Origin: Scyliorhinus canicula
Taxonomy: Eukaryota
Direction of reading: 5' to 3'
DNA: 64,000 bases
Assembly: GCF_902713615.1 (NCBI RefSeq)
Contig: NC_052171.1
Location: forward strand, 8,397,209 to 8,461,208
In this document: one piece after another, positions 45,833 to 57,960 of the stretch
How positions within the stretch are numbered: position 1 is the first letter of the stretch
Layout of the letters: every line of letters starts with the position of its first letter
Notes under the pieces: generated by a model
What the model was told of the DNA's origin: nothing
Database searches by the model: none
What the model saw: the letters and a program-made list of their open reading frames with translations, nothing else
Made by a program: the position numbers and the translations under genes

Positions 45833-46765
45833 AGAGTTTTACTCTGTATGTGACCTGCACTGGGAATGTTTGATGGGGTTAGTGTAGAGGGAGCTTTACT
45901 CTGTATCTAACCCCGCGCTGTACCTGTCCTGGGAGTGTTTGATGGGGACAGTGTAGAGGGAACTTTACTCTGTATCTAACCCCGTGCTGTACCTGTCCTG
46001 GGAGTGTTTGATGGGGACAGTGTAGAGGGAGCTTTATTCTGTATCTAACCCCGTGCTGTACCTGTCCTGGGAATGTTTGATGGGGACAGTGTAGAGGGAG
46101 CTTTACTCTGTATCTAACACTGTGCTGTACCTGTCCTGGGAGTGTTTGATGGGGACAGTGTAGAGGGAGCTTTACTCTGTATCTAACCCCGTGCTGTACC
46201 TGTCCTGGGAGTGTTTGATGGGGACAGTGTAGAGGGAGCTTTACTCTGTATCTAACCCCGTGCTGTACCTGTCCTGGGAGTGTTTGATGGGGACAGTGTA
46301 GAGGGAGCTTTACTCTGTACCTAACCCCGTGCTGTACCTGTCCTGGGAGTGTTTGATGGGGACAGTGTAGAGGGAATTTTACTCTGTATCTAACCCCGTG
46401 CTGTCCCTGTCCTGGGAGTGTTTGATGGGGACAGTGTAGAGGAAGCTTTACTCTGTATCTAATGCCGTGCTGTACCTGTCCTGGGAGTGTTTGATGGGGA
46501 CAGTGGAAAAGGAGCTTTACTCTGTATCTAACCCCGTGCTGTACCTGTCCTGGGAGTGTTTGATGGGGACAGTGTAGAGGGAGCTTTACTCTGTATCTAA
46601 CCCCGTGCTGTACCTGTCCTGGGAGTGTTTGATAGGGACAGTGTAGAGGGAGCTTTACTCTGTATCTAACCCCGTGCTGTACCTGTCCTGGGAGTGTTTG
46701 ATGGGGACAGTGCAGAGGAAGCTTTACTCTGTATCTAACCCCGGGGAGTGTTTGATGGGGACAGT
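45833..46765 (-). repeat. 69-bp tandem satellite in dkk4 intron 1 (12 full units plus partials)
   Basis: Unit GTGTAGAGGGAGCTTTACTCTGTATCTAACCCCGTGCTGTACCTGTCCTGGGAGTGTTTGATGGGGACA; the ORF track shows 12 full 23-aa repeats. Confidence 0.97.
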
Positions 46766-47372
46766 CCCAGGGCATGCCCCCATGGAAGTTAAAACCACTA
46801 GTCTGAAAGAAAACCAGTCGGCCACATGAGAGTTCTGCCAAAGATATCCAGGCATGCTGAGGAAGGAGTTGGGCTTCTTACAGTTTCTACTCAATTGAGC
46901 GAAGATGGAGTTCTTTTTAGGATTTGGTATCACCGAAAGATATGAGAGTTAAATAAAATTCATGAAATCACAACACTTTTGATATCTGTCTTCAACTGGC
47001 AAATGATGGAAAGTACCAGCCATTAGCCAGTCGATACAAAGCTTCTGGCTGGGGCACGTCAGGTAGCAGTGCTTTCTAAGGCAAGGTGATCTGGCAGACC
47101 TTGACTGGCGGCAGCCGGGTCCATTAGATGATGATCATCATTAGCAGTGCTTTTTGTTTCAGGACGGGACGATAGTAAAAGGCTCCAGGCAATAGAGTGG
47201 AGGTGTAAATCTGTACAGCCAGTAGGTGGTGCTCTTTGTACTGATTCAGAGTGGTGACTTGACAGCAATGCAATGATCGAATATAACCCCATCTCCTAGC
47301 CACAGTCACCACATCCATTCAGTCAAACCTCCCACACTTACACCGATCGTGATATCTCAACAGTTTAACTCA

Positions 47373-47391
47373 GTGTGTGTGTGTGTGTGTG
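47373..47391 (+). repeat. (TG)n microsatellite
   Basis: Direct dinucleotide run. Confidence 0.85.
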
Positions 47392-48239
47392 AGCGATTGA
47401 GCAAAAACCAGGAGCTGGTTTAGCTCACTGGGCTAAAGCGCTGGCTTTTAAAGCAGGCCAGCAGCACGGTTCGATTCCCGTACCAGCCTACCCGGACAGG
47501 CGCCGGAATGTGGCGACTAGGGGCTTTTCACAGTAACTTCATTGAAGCCTACTCGTGACAATAAGCCATTTTCATTTTTTAAAACAGTCACCTCAAACAT
47601 TTTCAGAGGCAGGTTGCTGGCTGCTGGGGGAGACACATTCTGGGGGAGGAACGGAGGCAAGATGAAGCACATTGATCTTTCTTTTGCTCGCCGGCCCTGT
47701 CTGTTACTCTCCGGCCCCTGCTCGCCCTGTCCCTCTGTGTGGCTGTGTGTGCCTCACGTTCAGACTCTGCTTCACTTCAACCAGCAAAACCCAGGATGCC
47801 CAAATCGACAATCCCACAATATTGGGGTCAATGTCAGGCTCAGCTCATTCGGAATGAAGTGGACGAACATCCCCCCCCCCCTTGCTCCTCGAGACTCTCA
47901 GAAGCTTGGGGCCATGTTGCTGTCAGTTCCTGAACGGGCGATGGAATCAGATGGCGGGGGAACTTGTATATTACAGGAGGTGGGGAATGGGGGTGGGGGG
48001 TGGGGGGGGGGGGGGGGGAAGAGGCAGGACATGGGTTCTGGCATGATCATTCCGTGGATTGCAGTTGGGACATCCCAGCTGCGGATACCTCTTTGGGAGA
48101 ATTCAACAATTGGGGAATTCACAATCAAACAAAGCCAGCCTTCAGAAATGTAGAACAGTTCCAAGTGTTTGTGGAATTCTCTCATTCTCCCTCATCGTGA
48201 ATATCACTGCCATCTTCTACAGGTCTGGGTGCCCTTATG

Positions 48240-48700
48240 ATTCACAATCAAAGAAAGCCAGCATAAATTCATTGAAGGCAAATCCTGTCTGGATTGAATT
48301 ATTTTTGACGGTGGTAAGCTAAGGTTGATCAAGGTGACACAGTAGATGTTGTATATGTAGAAGGCATTTGGCAAAGTAACACTCAGGTGACTTATTAACA
48401 TGGGTCAAGCCCATGGAATTAATGGGAGTGTGGGTGCAAAACTGACCAGTGACAGGGAGGAAACAGGTTGGGGCAGCAGGTTTTTCATTCTGGGTGGTCG
48501 TTTGAACTCCGGACATTCCCAGGGATGGGAAGGACTTCTGAGGAGAGGTTGGGAAAGTTCTGACTTCACCTTGGTTTGTTAAAATCATTGGGCAAAGATT
48601 CAGGGGAATGGGGAGAAAGGTTTTCACCCGGGGAGTTTGGGGGAATTGTTCTACCTGGAAAGATGCAGGCAGCTGATTCCATGTTTTAGAAGGGAATTGG
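48240..48700 (+). mobile_element. Highly decayed CR1 RT remnant
   Basis: Degenerate IKESQH..KGKSC and VDVVY..KAF segments. Confidence 0.55.
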
Positions 48701-49689
48701 AGGAACTGACAGGGCTATAATAAAACAGGGGTTAGGGGCTGTTTATTGGTACGGTGCGCCTGGCTGGTTAGAACAACAGCCAGAGTAACCACACACCTTC
48801 ACTTTAGAGCGAGGAACCCAGTGACACCCCGCTAGCAGGGTGCAGAAGGCACCCTCTGCCTCCACAACGCACCCACAACCCTCATGCCATTAAACCCACC
48901 CACCCAGAACTCGCTGCACCCTCCTCTGGGGCTGATTGCAAGGCTGGCTGGCTCCTCTGAGATTCACCCACATCAAACCACTTAGCCAGTATCCTTAACC
49001 CCCCCCAATACCTCCTGAGCACGACTGGCCATGAGTACCTCGGTTCATGATCCACAAACTGGTGACTTAACATTCCAACCATATCTGGTTCACACCCATA
49101 TGGCTGTGATTCCAAAGCTTTGGGGGTGGGGGCAACAAAGCTCTAGCAGTCCTCAGTTCAATAATTGGAATAAAGTTTGATTGAGACAAACTCACTTCCT
49201 AGCCCCCTTAGGAAGACCCAGCTCCAGATTTTCAGCAGCAAACCACAATTCTCTTTCGCAAACCAACTTGATATTGGTGGGGCTACCAGTTCTGATTTCA
49301 CAAAAACGAGTTAAAGGCGACAGGGGGGAGGTGGATTTGAGACCAGGAAGAGATCAGCCCTGATTTGATTGAATGGTGGAGCAGGTTCGAGGGGCTGAAT
49401 GGCCCACTTTAGTGCTCCTAATCCCTGTGCTCCGATTTGACTGAGAGCCCAGGACTGGTGCTTCACGTTGTCAATGGAGAGGAGAATTAGGAGAAGATGG
49501 GATTTATCTTTGGAGTTAGTGATGGACAGGATTGGGATAGGCATTCCATTGAGGTGAGGATTCGAGACAGGAGTCACACACCATTGCAGTTAGCATGAAC
49601 TCAGGTGGAGTGCAGGCATTCCCAGCCCCTTTTCCTGTGGATTTGCAGAGGGGGTTCCCCAGCCCTCCCTCCAGCACCCTGTGACCTAC

Positions 49690-49806
49690 CTGCTTGGTGG
49701 GAGCCTGTCCAATTTCAGCCGAGCTCCTGATGGTGTTTGAATCCAGTACCAAGGCACTGAGGGCTCCGAAGAGGCAGCACAGGAGGAGGGTCACCGCGCA
49801 GCCCAT
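49690..49806 (-). CDS. dkk4: Dickkopf-4 exon 1 (signal peptide and NxI motif), 117 bp, phase 0
   Basis: ATG at 49806-49804. MGCAVTLLLCCLFGALSALVLDSNTIRSSAEIGQAPTKQ resembles the DKK4 N-terminus (ALVLDFNNIRSSA in human). Donor cag|GTAGGT at 49689. Confidence 0.93.
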
Positions 49807-49965
49807 GACCCACAAGTGGTTACAAGGGGGAAACAGAAAGCCAGCGAGGAGCAGAAATACCAGGTCACAGGGAGGCGAGGCAGAATGCAGAACGGTCCCT
49901 TACTGAGTACTGATGCCTTGAGCACAAGCTCCCCCTGTCTCTCTCCCGGTGAAATGGGATAGCCC

Positions 49966-49974
49966 TTTTTTATA
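49966..49974 (-). promoter_or_regulatory. TATA box of dkk4 promoter
   Basis: TATAAAAAA on the - strand about 160 bp upstream of the ATG, in non-repetitive CpG-containing sequence. Implies a TSS near 49940. Confidence 0.6.
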
Positions 49975-51079
49975 GTCCTGCAGCCCTCCCCTTTCTGTGA
50001 CGCGCGGAGGTGCTTCCCTTCAAGCCAGCAAGGGACAAAGTAACTGTTTGAACTGCTCTTGAAACGAAAGTGCTTCCGAATAGCTGAATGGGCTTTTCAT
50101 CACCCACACGCACATCACAAAGCGCAAGATTTAATCCAAGTTCTTCCCAGCAGCTCCCCCCCCCCCCCCCCCCCCTTGACTCTACCTGGAAGAGCAGCCA
50201 GTCTGGAACAAGGCAAATTTGAGCTTCAAACGCTGGTGCGGTCTCAAGAGTGCTGGGATTAAATAGGGGGGGAGATAGAAAGGTGTCAGATGTCCTTCTG
50301 GGACTTGTCAGCCTTGGGAGGAGGTAACCCACCGTCCTTGAAAGGCGAGAGGAGTTTCCAAGGCTCCACAGAGGTGGAGACACGCCTGGGAATGACAAAA
50401 GCAGGGAGGTCATGTTGGGAGTTGTGTAGCACTTTGGGGGTGCTGTGTGCAGTTGTGGTCACCACAGTATAGGAGGGATGTGATTGCACTGGAGGAGATT
50501 CACCAGCATGTTGCTTGGGATGGAAGTTATGAAGGGAGGTGGGATAGGCTTGTGTTGTTTTCGCTGGAGAAAGACTGAGGGGTGACCTGATCGAGGTGGA
50601 CAAGATTATGAGGGGCATGAGCAGGGGGGATAGGGAGCAGCTGTTCCCCTTAGTTGAAGGGTCAGTTATGAGGGGACACAAGTTCAAGGTCAGAGGCGGG
50701 AGGGTGTTTGAGGAGAAACTTTTGTACCCAGAGGATGGCGACGGTCTCGGAGGGTGGTCGAGTAGCACAGTGGGTAGCACTGTTGCTTCACAGCTCCAGG
50801 GTCCTAGGTTCAATTCCCGCTTGGGCCTGTTTGTGTGGAGTCTGCACGTTCTCCCCGTGTTTACGTGGGTTTCCTCCGGGTGCTCCGGTTTCCTCCCACA
50901 AGCCCCAAAAGACGCGCTTGTTAGGGTGAATTGGACATTCTGAATTCTCCCTCTGTGTATCCGAACAGGCGCCAGAATGTGGCGACTGGGGGCTTTTCAT
51001 AGTAACTTCATTGCAGTGTTAATGTAAGCCTGCTTGTGACAATAATAAAGATTATTATTATTATTATAGAGGCGGGTTC

Positions 51080-53690
51080 ACAGAATCATACTGCACAGAA
51101 GAGGCCCTTTGGCCCATCGAATCTGCACTGATGCATGAAAAACACCTGACCTACCTAATCCCATTTGCCAGCACTTGGCCCATAGCCTTGAATGTTAAGA
51201 TGTGCCAAGTGCTCATCCAGGTACTTTGTAAAAGATGTGAGGCAACCTGCCTCTACCACCCTCCCAGGCCGTGCATTCCAGACCCTCACCATCCTCTGGG
51301 TAAATACGTTTTTCCTCAAATCCCCCCAAACCTCCTGCCTCTGACCTTGAACTTGTGTCCCCTCATAACTGACCCTTCAATTAAGGAGAATGCTGCTCCC
51401 TATCCACCCTGTCCGTGCCCCTCATAATCTTGTCCACCTCGATCAGGTCACCCCTCAGTCTTCTCTGCTCCAGCGAAAACAACCCAAGCCTATCCAACCT
51501 CTCTTCATACCTTAAACATTCCATCCCAGGCAACCTCCTGGTGAATCGCCTCTGCACCCTCTCTCTTGTAATCATATCCTCCCTATAATGCAGCAACCAG
51601 AATTTGCACACAGTATTCCAGTTGTGGCCTCACCAAAGTTCTACACAACTCCAACATGACCTCCCTGCTTTTGTAATCTATGCCCTTTTTCACCACCCCA
51701 TTAACCTGCCCTCCTGCCTTCAGAGATCTATGGACAAACACGCCAAGGTCCCTTTGTTCCTCGGAACTTCCTAGTGTCAGGCCATTCATTGAATACTACC
51801 TTGTCACATTACTCCTTCCGAAGTGTGATCACCTCACGGTTTTCAGGGTTAAATTCCATCAGCCGCTTTTCTGCCCATTTTACCATCTTCCTGTGACCCA
51901 AGACACTCAATCTCATTGTTAACCACCTGGCCAATCTTTGTGTCATCCGCAAACTTACTGATCCTATCCCCCACATAGTCATCTATATCATTTATATAAA
52001 TAACAACAATTGGGGACCCAGCACAGATCCCTGTGGTACGCCACTGGACACTGGCTTCCAGTCACTAAAGCAGCCGTCTGTCATCACCCTCTGTCTCCGA
52101 CAGCTAAGCCAATTTTGAATCCACCTTATCAAGTTAACCTATCCCATGTGCATTTTCCTTTTTTATAAGTCTCCCATGTTGGACCTTGTCAAAGGCTTTG
52201 CTGAAATCCATGTAAATTACATCAGCTGCACTATCCTCATCTACACATCTTATTAAGCCTGACCTCCCTCTGACAAAACCATGCTGACTCTTCCTGATCA
52301 AACATTGCCTCGCCATGTGGAGATAGAGTCTCCCCTTTAAATTTTCTCCAATAGTTACCCTACCACTGATGTGGGACTCACTGGTTTGTTGTTGCTGAGC
52401 TTATCTCTGCAGCTTTTCTTAAATATGGGACCACATTAGCTGTTCTCCCGTCTTCTGGCACCTCCCCGGAGACCAGAGCCCCTGCAATCTCCTCCCTCGC
52501 TTCCCACAGCATTCTGGGACACAATTCATCTGCACCTGGAGATTTGACCACTTTTAAGCCTGCCAACGCCTCCAATACCTTGTTATTCCCTATGACAATT
52601 TGCTCCAGAACCTCTCAGTCTCGCTCCCCGATTTCTACATCTACCTCCTCATCCTTTTGGGTGAAGACAGATATGAATTATTTGTTCAATACCCACAGGG
52701 TACCCACCTGGGGCAGCAGGGTAGCATGGTGGTTAGCATAAATGCTTCACAGCTCCAGGGTCCCAGGTTCGATTCCCGGCTGGGTCACTGTCTGTGTGGA
52801 GTCTGCACGTCCTCCCCCTGTGTGCGTGGGTTTCCTCCGGGTGCTCCGGTTTCCTCCCACAGTCCAAAGATGTGCGGGTTAGGTGGATTGGCCATGCTAA
52901 ATTGCCCGTAGTGTCCTAATGAAAGTAAGGTTAAGGGGGGTGTTGTTGGGTTACGGGTATAGGGTGGATATGTGGGTTTGAGTAGGGTGATCATGGCTCA
53001 GCACAACATTGAGGGCCGAAGGGCCTGTTCTGTGCTGTACTGTTCTATTTTCTATTTTCAAGATTTCCTTGTTGGTCCCTAAATGGCCCTACGCTTTCCC
53101 AGGTAACACTCTTCACATTGACATACTTGTAGAATATCTTAGGATTTTCCATACTTTTACCAACCAGACCGTTCTCACATCCCCTCTTTGCTCTCCTAAT
53201 TGCTTTCTTAAACTCCGTCTTGTGCTTTCTCTCCACTCATGCCTCTGTTGATTTGCTCCCCTTGTACTTGCTAAAATCCTCTCTTCTCCTTCTCTTTGTA
53301 TCCTGAATGTCTCTGGTCTCATGGTTCTCTGGGCTTGTTACTCCTTCCTCTTACCCTGGAGGGAACATATTGGTCCTGGACGCTCCCCATTTCCTTTTGA
53401 ACACCCCCACTGCTCTTTTGTCAATTTCCCCACAAGTAACTCTTTCCAATCTACATTGGCCAGATCCTGCCTTACTTTACTAAAATCCGCTCACCCCCAA
53501 TCCACAACCTTTTTTTGCAACTTGTCTATTTCTTTGTCCGCAACAAACTTAACTCGGACCATGTTGTGGTCGCTATCACCAAAATGCTCCCCACCAACAC
53601 ATCAACCACCTTCATTCTCCAGAATTAGGTTCAGCACTGCACTGCCCCTTGTTGGACCTGCAGATCGAGCTAAAACATTCTACTGTATAC
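51080..53690 (-). mobile_element. Decayed CR1 LINE fragments, interrupted by a SINE at 52711
   Basis: ORF pieces KSQHGFVRGRS, DFSKAFDKVQH, KSPGADELCPRMLWEAREEIAGAL, ERVQRRFTRRLPG. Confidence 0.85.
52711..53055 (+). mobile_element. Young HE1-type SINE inserted in CR1
   Basis: Full length with CR1-like tail. Confidence 0.92.
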
Positions 53691-53889
53691 ATTTTAAGAA
53701 AAAGTACTTGGATGAACACGTCATAACATTCAAGGCGATGTGCAGGTGCTGGTAAATGGGATTAGGTGGTAGGTCGGGTATTTTTCATGTGTCGGTGCCG
53801 ATTCGATGGGACGAAGGGCCTCTTCTGCACTGCATTATTCTGTGATCCCTGTAACTCCTTTGCTGAAGTGTGATTGGTCACTGTCGTGA

Positions 53890-54215
53890 TCATAGAATCC
53901 CTGCAGTGCAGAAGGAGGCCATTTGGCCCACTGACCCCCTGATCAAGCACCCTACCAAGGCCCACTCCCCCACCCTTTCCCTGTAATCCCATAACCCAAT
54001 CTCTCCTTTTTTGGATACTACGGACAATTGATCATGACCAATCCACCTAACCTGAACATCTTTGGGCTGTGGGAGGAAACCGGAGCGCCCGGAGGAAACC
54101 CACGCAGACACGGGGAGAACGTGCAGACTCCGCACAGACAGTGAGCCAGCCGGGAATCGAACCTGGGACCCTGGCGCTGAGAGGCAGCAGTGCTAACACT
54201 GTGCCACCATGCAGC
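53890..54215 (-). mobile_element. HE1-type SINE
   Basis: Head, core and tail on the - strand. Confidence 0.85.
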
Positions 54216-54699
54216 AACAAACCTGGACACAGCAAGATCCCACGTGGCTGGATAATTTTGGGGTTTTATTTTATGATGTCAGCTGAGGGATGCATATTGG
54301 CCAGGATACCAACATCCCTGGTCTTCTTCAAATAGTACCTTTTTCAATTTCTTTTGCAATGTGAATGTCATTGGCAAGGCCAGCATTCATTACCCTTTCC
54401 GTAATTGTACTTCAGAAGATGGTGGTGAGCCACTTCCTTGAACAAGGCAAAGGGAATACATGATAAATGGAAGGACACTGGGAAGTACTGAGGTGTATAT
54501 GGGGCTGGTTTAGCACAGGGCTAAATCGCTGGCTTTGAAAGCAGACCAAGGCAGGCCAGCAGCACGGTTCAATTCCCGTACCGGCCTCCCCGAACAGGCG
54601 CCGGAATGTGGCGACTAGGGGCTTTTCACAGTAACTTCAATTGAAGCCTACTCATGACAATAAGCGATTTTCATTTTGTTTCATTTTCATATATACTGG

Positions 54700-55330
54700 T
54701 CCTTTAAGGTAGCAGGGCAGGTGAATAAAATGGCGAAGAAGGCATAGGGCAGACTGCCTTTGTTAGCCAAGGCGTAGAGTTTAAGAGCAGGGTGATTATG
54801 ATAGAACTCTATATAACTTTTGTTCGGCTAGAGTATTGTGTGCAGCTCTGGACTCCACATTACAGGACGGATGTGATAGCACTGGAAAAGGTGGGCTGGA
54901 GAGTTTTAGATATGAAGAGAGATTGGCTAGACCGGGGTTGATTTTTTTTCTTGGGGCAGAGGAGACTGAGGGGGACATGATTGAGATCGATGCATAAAAT
55001 GATGAGGGGCATTGATAGAGCAGACAGGAAGAAACCTTTCCCCTTGGTGGAGGTATCAATGGCCAGGGGGCAGAGATTTATGGGCAGGAGGTTTAGAGGG
55101 GATGTGAGGAAAAACCCTTTCACCCAGAGGGTGGTGGGAGTCTGGAACTCGCTGCCTGAAAGGGTGGTGGAGGCAGAGACCCTCATAACATTTAAGAAGT
55201 GTTTTGATGTGCACTTGCGATGCCAAAGCTATGGGCCAAATGCTGGAAAATGGGATAGGAATACTTAGGTTTTTGCCTGGCGCTGAAGGGCCGAAGGGCC
55301 TTTTCTGTACTGTCGACCTCTATGGCTGTA
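54700..55330 (+). mobile_element. CR1 3' fragment
   Basis: FTQRVVGVWNSLPERVVEAE motif and gggccgaagggcc tail. Confidence 0.8.
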
Positions 55331-56028
55331 TGACTAAGCATGAGGTATTGGAAGGAGAAGGAGTTGTCAGTGCCATGGGGGACTCGATGATGAGGGCAAT
55401 ATGGTTGCTCAGGTAAGTTTGGTAAGATCAGGTCCAGGCCCAGCATGTTGCCTCCAGAGTAATGGGAAGCAGGAACCACGGTGAGAGGTTTCAGCAAGAG
55501 AAGGGTCCGGGGTTGGCAGGGTGTGGGCTGAGGTGCGACCAACTGTGAGCCAGGTTTCCGTCAAAGCAAAACGATGAATGTCAGGAGTTGTGTTTGCCAG
55601 TGAACAGAGTTCGGAGGGAAATGCAGAGATATAGGTCCATTGGCACACTCCGTTAAGGCCAGGCCTGTCCCCATCGACACAGGGCAATCAGAACAGTCAC
55701 CCGAGGTCGGAATCGAACCCGGGTCCCTGGCGCTGTGAGGGTTTCTTTTCACAAGGGTTTCTACTTCTCATCACTGTCAGGTGACTTTGTCAGGAACATG
55801 TGGGAGAGCCAATCCCCTCCAGAACACATGCTTTCCATTCATAACGAGAACGCTAATTAGCCATTTTAAAAACAATCGCTCGGCTATCAAGTGTGTCAGC
55901 TTCATTGTACAGAAGGGCAAGGTGGTTTCTTTCACCTCAGATGGAACATGCAACGTTCTTAATCTGCAGCTGGGGTGTCAAGTGTGTCGGCGATGGGCGG
56001 TCTACACTCGCATAATGCAGCTATTTAG

Positions 56029-56309
56029 TGATGTACCATCAATTGGACTCGAGACACGATTAAGATCTAAACTGTGGCTTTAATCAGCTAGTTGTTAGCA
56101 CGGTGGTCGACTACAGAGTAAGGCCGACCGCCGGGAACTCTGGGTACTTATACCCCGCCTCTGAGGCGGGGTCTACTTGCCTCTCGACCAATTGGTGGGC
56201 AGTCACATGACTAGTCCCAGCCAATCGGACGAGAGGCACATGACCAGCCAGAGCCAATGGGAAACCCATGCTCTGCATCAATGGCAGTGCTCACATTCAT
56301 ACCACCACA
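56029..56309 (-). mobile_element. Solo LTR, 281 bp
   Basis: TG...CA termini, 5-bp TSD TTTAG at 56024-56028 and 56310-56314, TATAAG and ATTAAA on the - strand, repeated CCAAT motifs. Confidence 0.8.
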
Positions 56310-56609
56310 TTTAGTTCAATTACTTCACTGAAGCACAGAAAACCACTCAATCAGCATTCGGGAACTGCGGGAAGGACACGGCACATCTGTCAGCATCTGG
56401 GGGGGGGGGGGGGGGGAAGAGAGGTCGGTGTTTCAGGAGGAGGAAGAGAGGCTAATGCTTCAGCAGGACATATTCATCGGACCTTAACCTGAAACGGCTC
56501 CTACCTCTGACCGACCTGTCAGGGACCCGGGTTCGATTCCGACCTCAAGTGACTTACCTCTACCAAATATCTGCTTGTCACTGTGGTGTGATGGGAGTTA
56601 ATGAGTAAT

Positions 56610-56940
56610 GTGATCATAGAATCCCTGAAGTACAGAAGGAGGCCATTCAGCCCATCAAATCTGCACCGACCCTCCGAAAAAACACCCTACCTCGGCCTAA
56701 TCCCTCGTCCTACCCTGTAACCCAGCAACCTCACCTAATCTTTGGTCACTAAGGTCAATTTATTATGGCCAATCCACCTAACCTGCACATCTTTCGACTG
56801 TGGCAGGAAACACAGAGGAAATCCACGCAGACATGGGGAGAACGTGCAGACTTCAGACAGACAGTTGCCCAAGGTCGGAATTGAACCCAGGTCCCTGGCG
56901 CTGTGATCAGCAGTGCTAACCACTGTGCCACCATGCCACC
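56610..56940 (-). mobile_element. HE1-type SINE
   Basis: Head, core and tail on the - strand. Confidence 0.85.
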
Positions 56941-57278
56941 CATTGGGGGGGCTGTGTACTCTAAAACCAACACAGTCTGATAACTGGTAGCCCGGCCAAT
57001 TCGTGGGGTCACCATTTTGTGCCAACCCACCGCCATTCAGCTCTGCTTTGTTACTCTTCACTCATTACCCTGCCACTTCTGACCCCATTGCAACTTGGGG
57101 CGAGCTTGTCAGAACGCGTCACCAAGTCACTCACATCAGTCAATATTGTGACAACGAGGAGAAAGCAAATGTAAGCTCAGGCAGGCGATCGGCGTTTCAA
57201 TTCACCCCTCTCTCCCCTGTCTCGGAATCGTACTTCCCTGCGCACCATAGTTCATGGCATGTCCAGTGGGGAAACATG

Positions 57279-57960
57279 GGGCTGGGTTCTCCGTTTTTGG
57301 GACTATGTCCCCCACGCCATCGTGAAAACTGTGGTCCTTTGCGCCATGAAAATTGGAGTCAAAGGGCCACAGATTCACCGTCTTGCAGGGGGTTAGCAGG
57401 TAGCTGTCGTAGAGCCCGCAGCTGTAGCTGCTGATACAGCTCCCCCCCCCCCCCCCCCCCCCACACTTCCGGGTCAGAGGCCGTGCATGTGCACGGCGGC
57501 AGCCTCCAGCAGCCGTGCCGTGCTCCATGGCAGACTCAGCCCACGGACCTGGACCGCCGAAATAGTGCCGCGCATCAGCCGCTTGCCAGCCCGAATAGCC
57601 CCCAGTCCCGATTGAGGCAACCCCCCCCCCGCCCTCCGATCGGCCCTCCCCCTGACCGTGGCGGCCCCGGACTGAGTCCACGGCCGCCACGCGAGGTTCC
57701 CGAACGATAGGACCATGCTAGAACCACGCCGGGAATTTGGCCGGTCAGGGATGGAGAATCGCGGGGCGGGCCTCAGGCAATGGGAAGTGGATACTCAGCG
57801 CGGCACGGTGTGGCACGGACACTCCCCGTTTACGCCGCTTATCGGCGGGGGGGGTGGAGAATAGCGGAACTGGCGCCAGTCCCGATTTCATGTGTGAAAA
57901 CCGATTCTCCGCCCTGGTGCTGAACGCGATTCCGGCGTCGGGATGCAGAGAATCCAGGCC
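57279..57960. mobile_element. PIF/Harbinger-like GC-rich MITE, 682 bp
   Basis: Ends GGGCTGGGTTCTC and (reverse complement) GGCCTGGATTCTC; 3-bp TSD ATG at 57276-57278 and 57961-57963. Confidence 0.7.

Noticed and set aside
45879-46841. 320-aa ORF of HCPHQTLPGQVQHGVRYRVKLPL repeats as a real protein
   Set aside because: It is the translation of a 69-bp satellite that happens to be stop-free in one frame, lies in an intron, and recurs at 63066+ without gene structure.
48112-48262. NF-kB-like GGGGAATTCA, TCF ATCAAAG and a 23-bp direct repeat in dkk4 intron 1 as an enhancer
   Set aside because: The sequence reads as a decayed CR1 RT segment (IKESQH..KGKSC), so the motifs are probably incidental; exaptation is not excluded but is unsupported.
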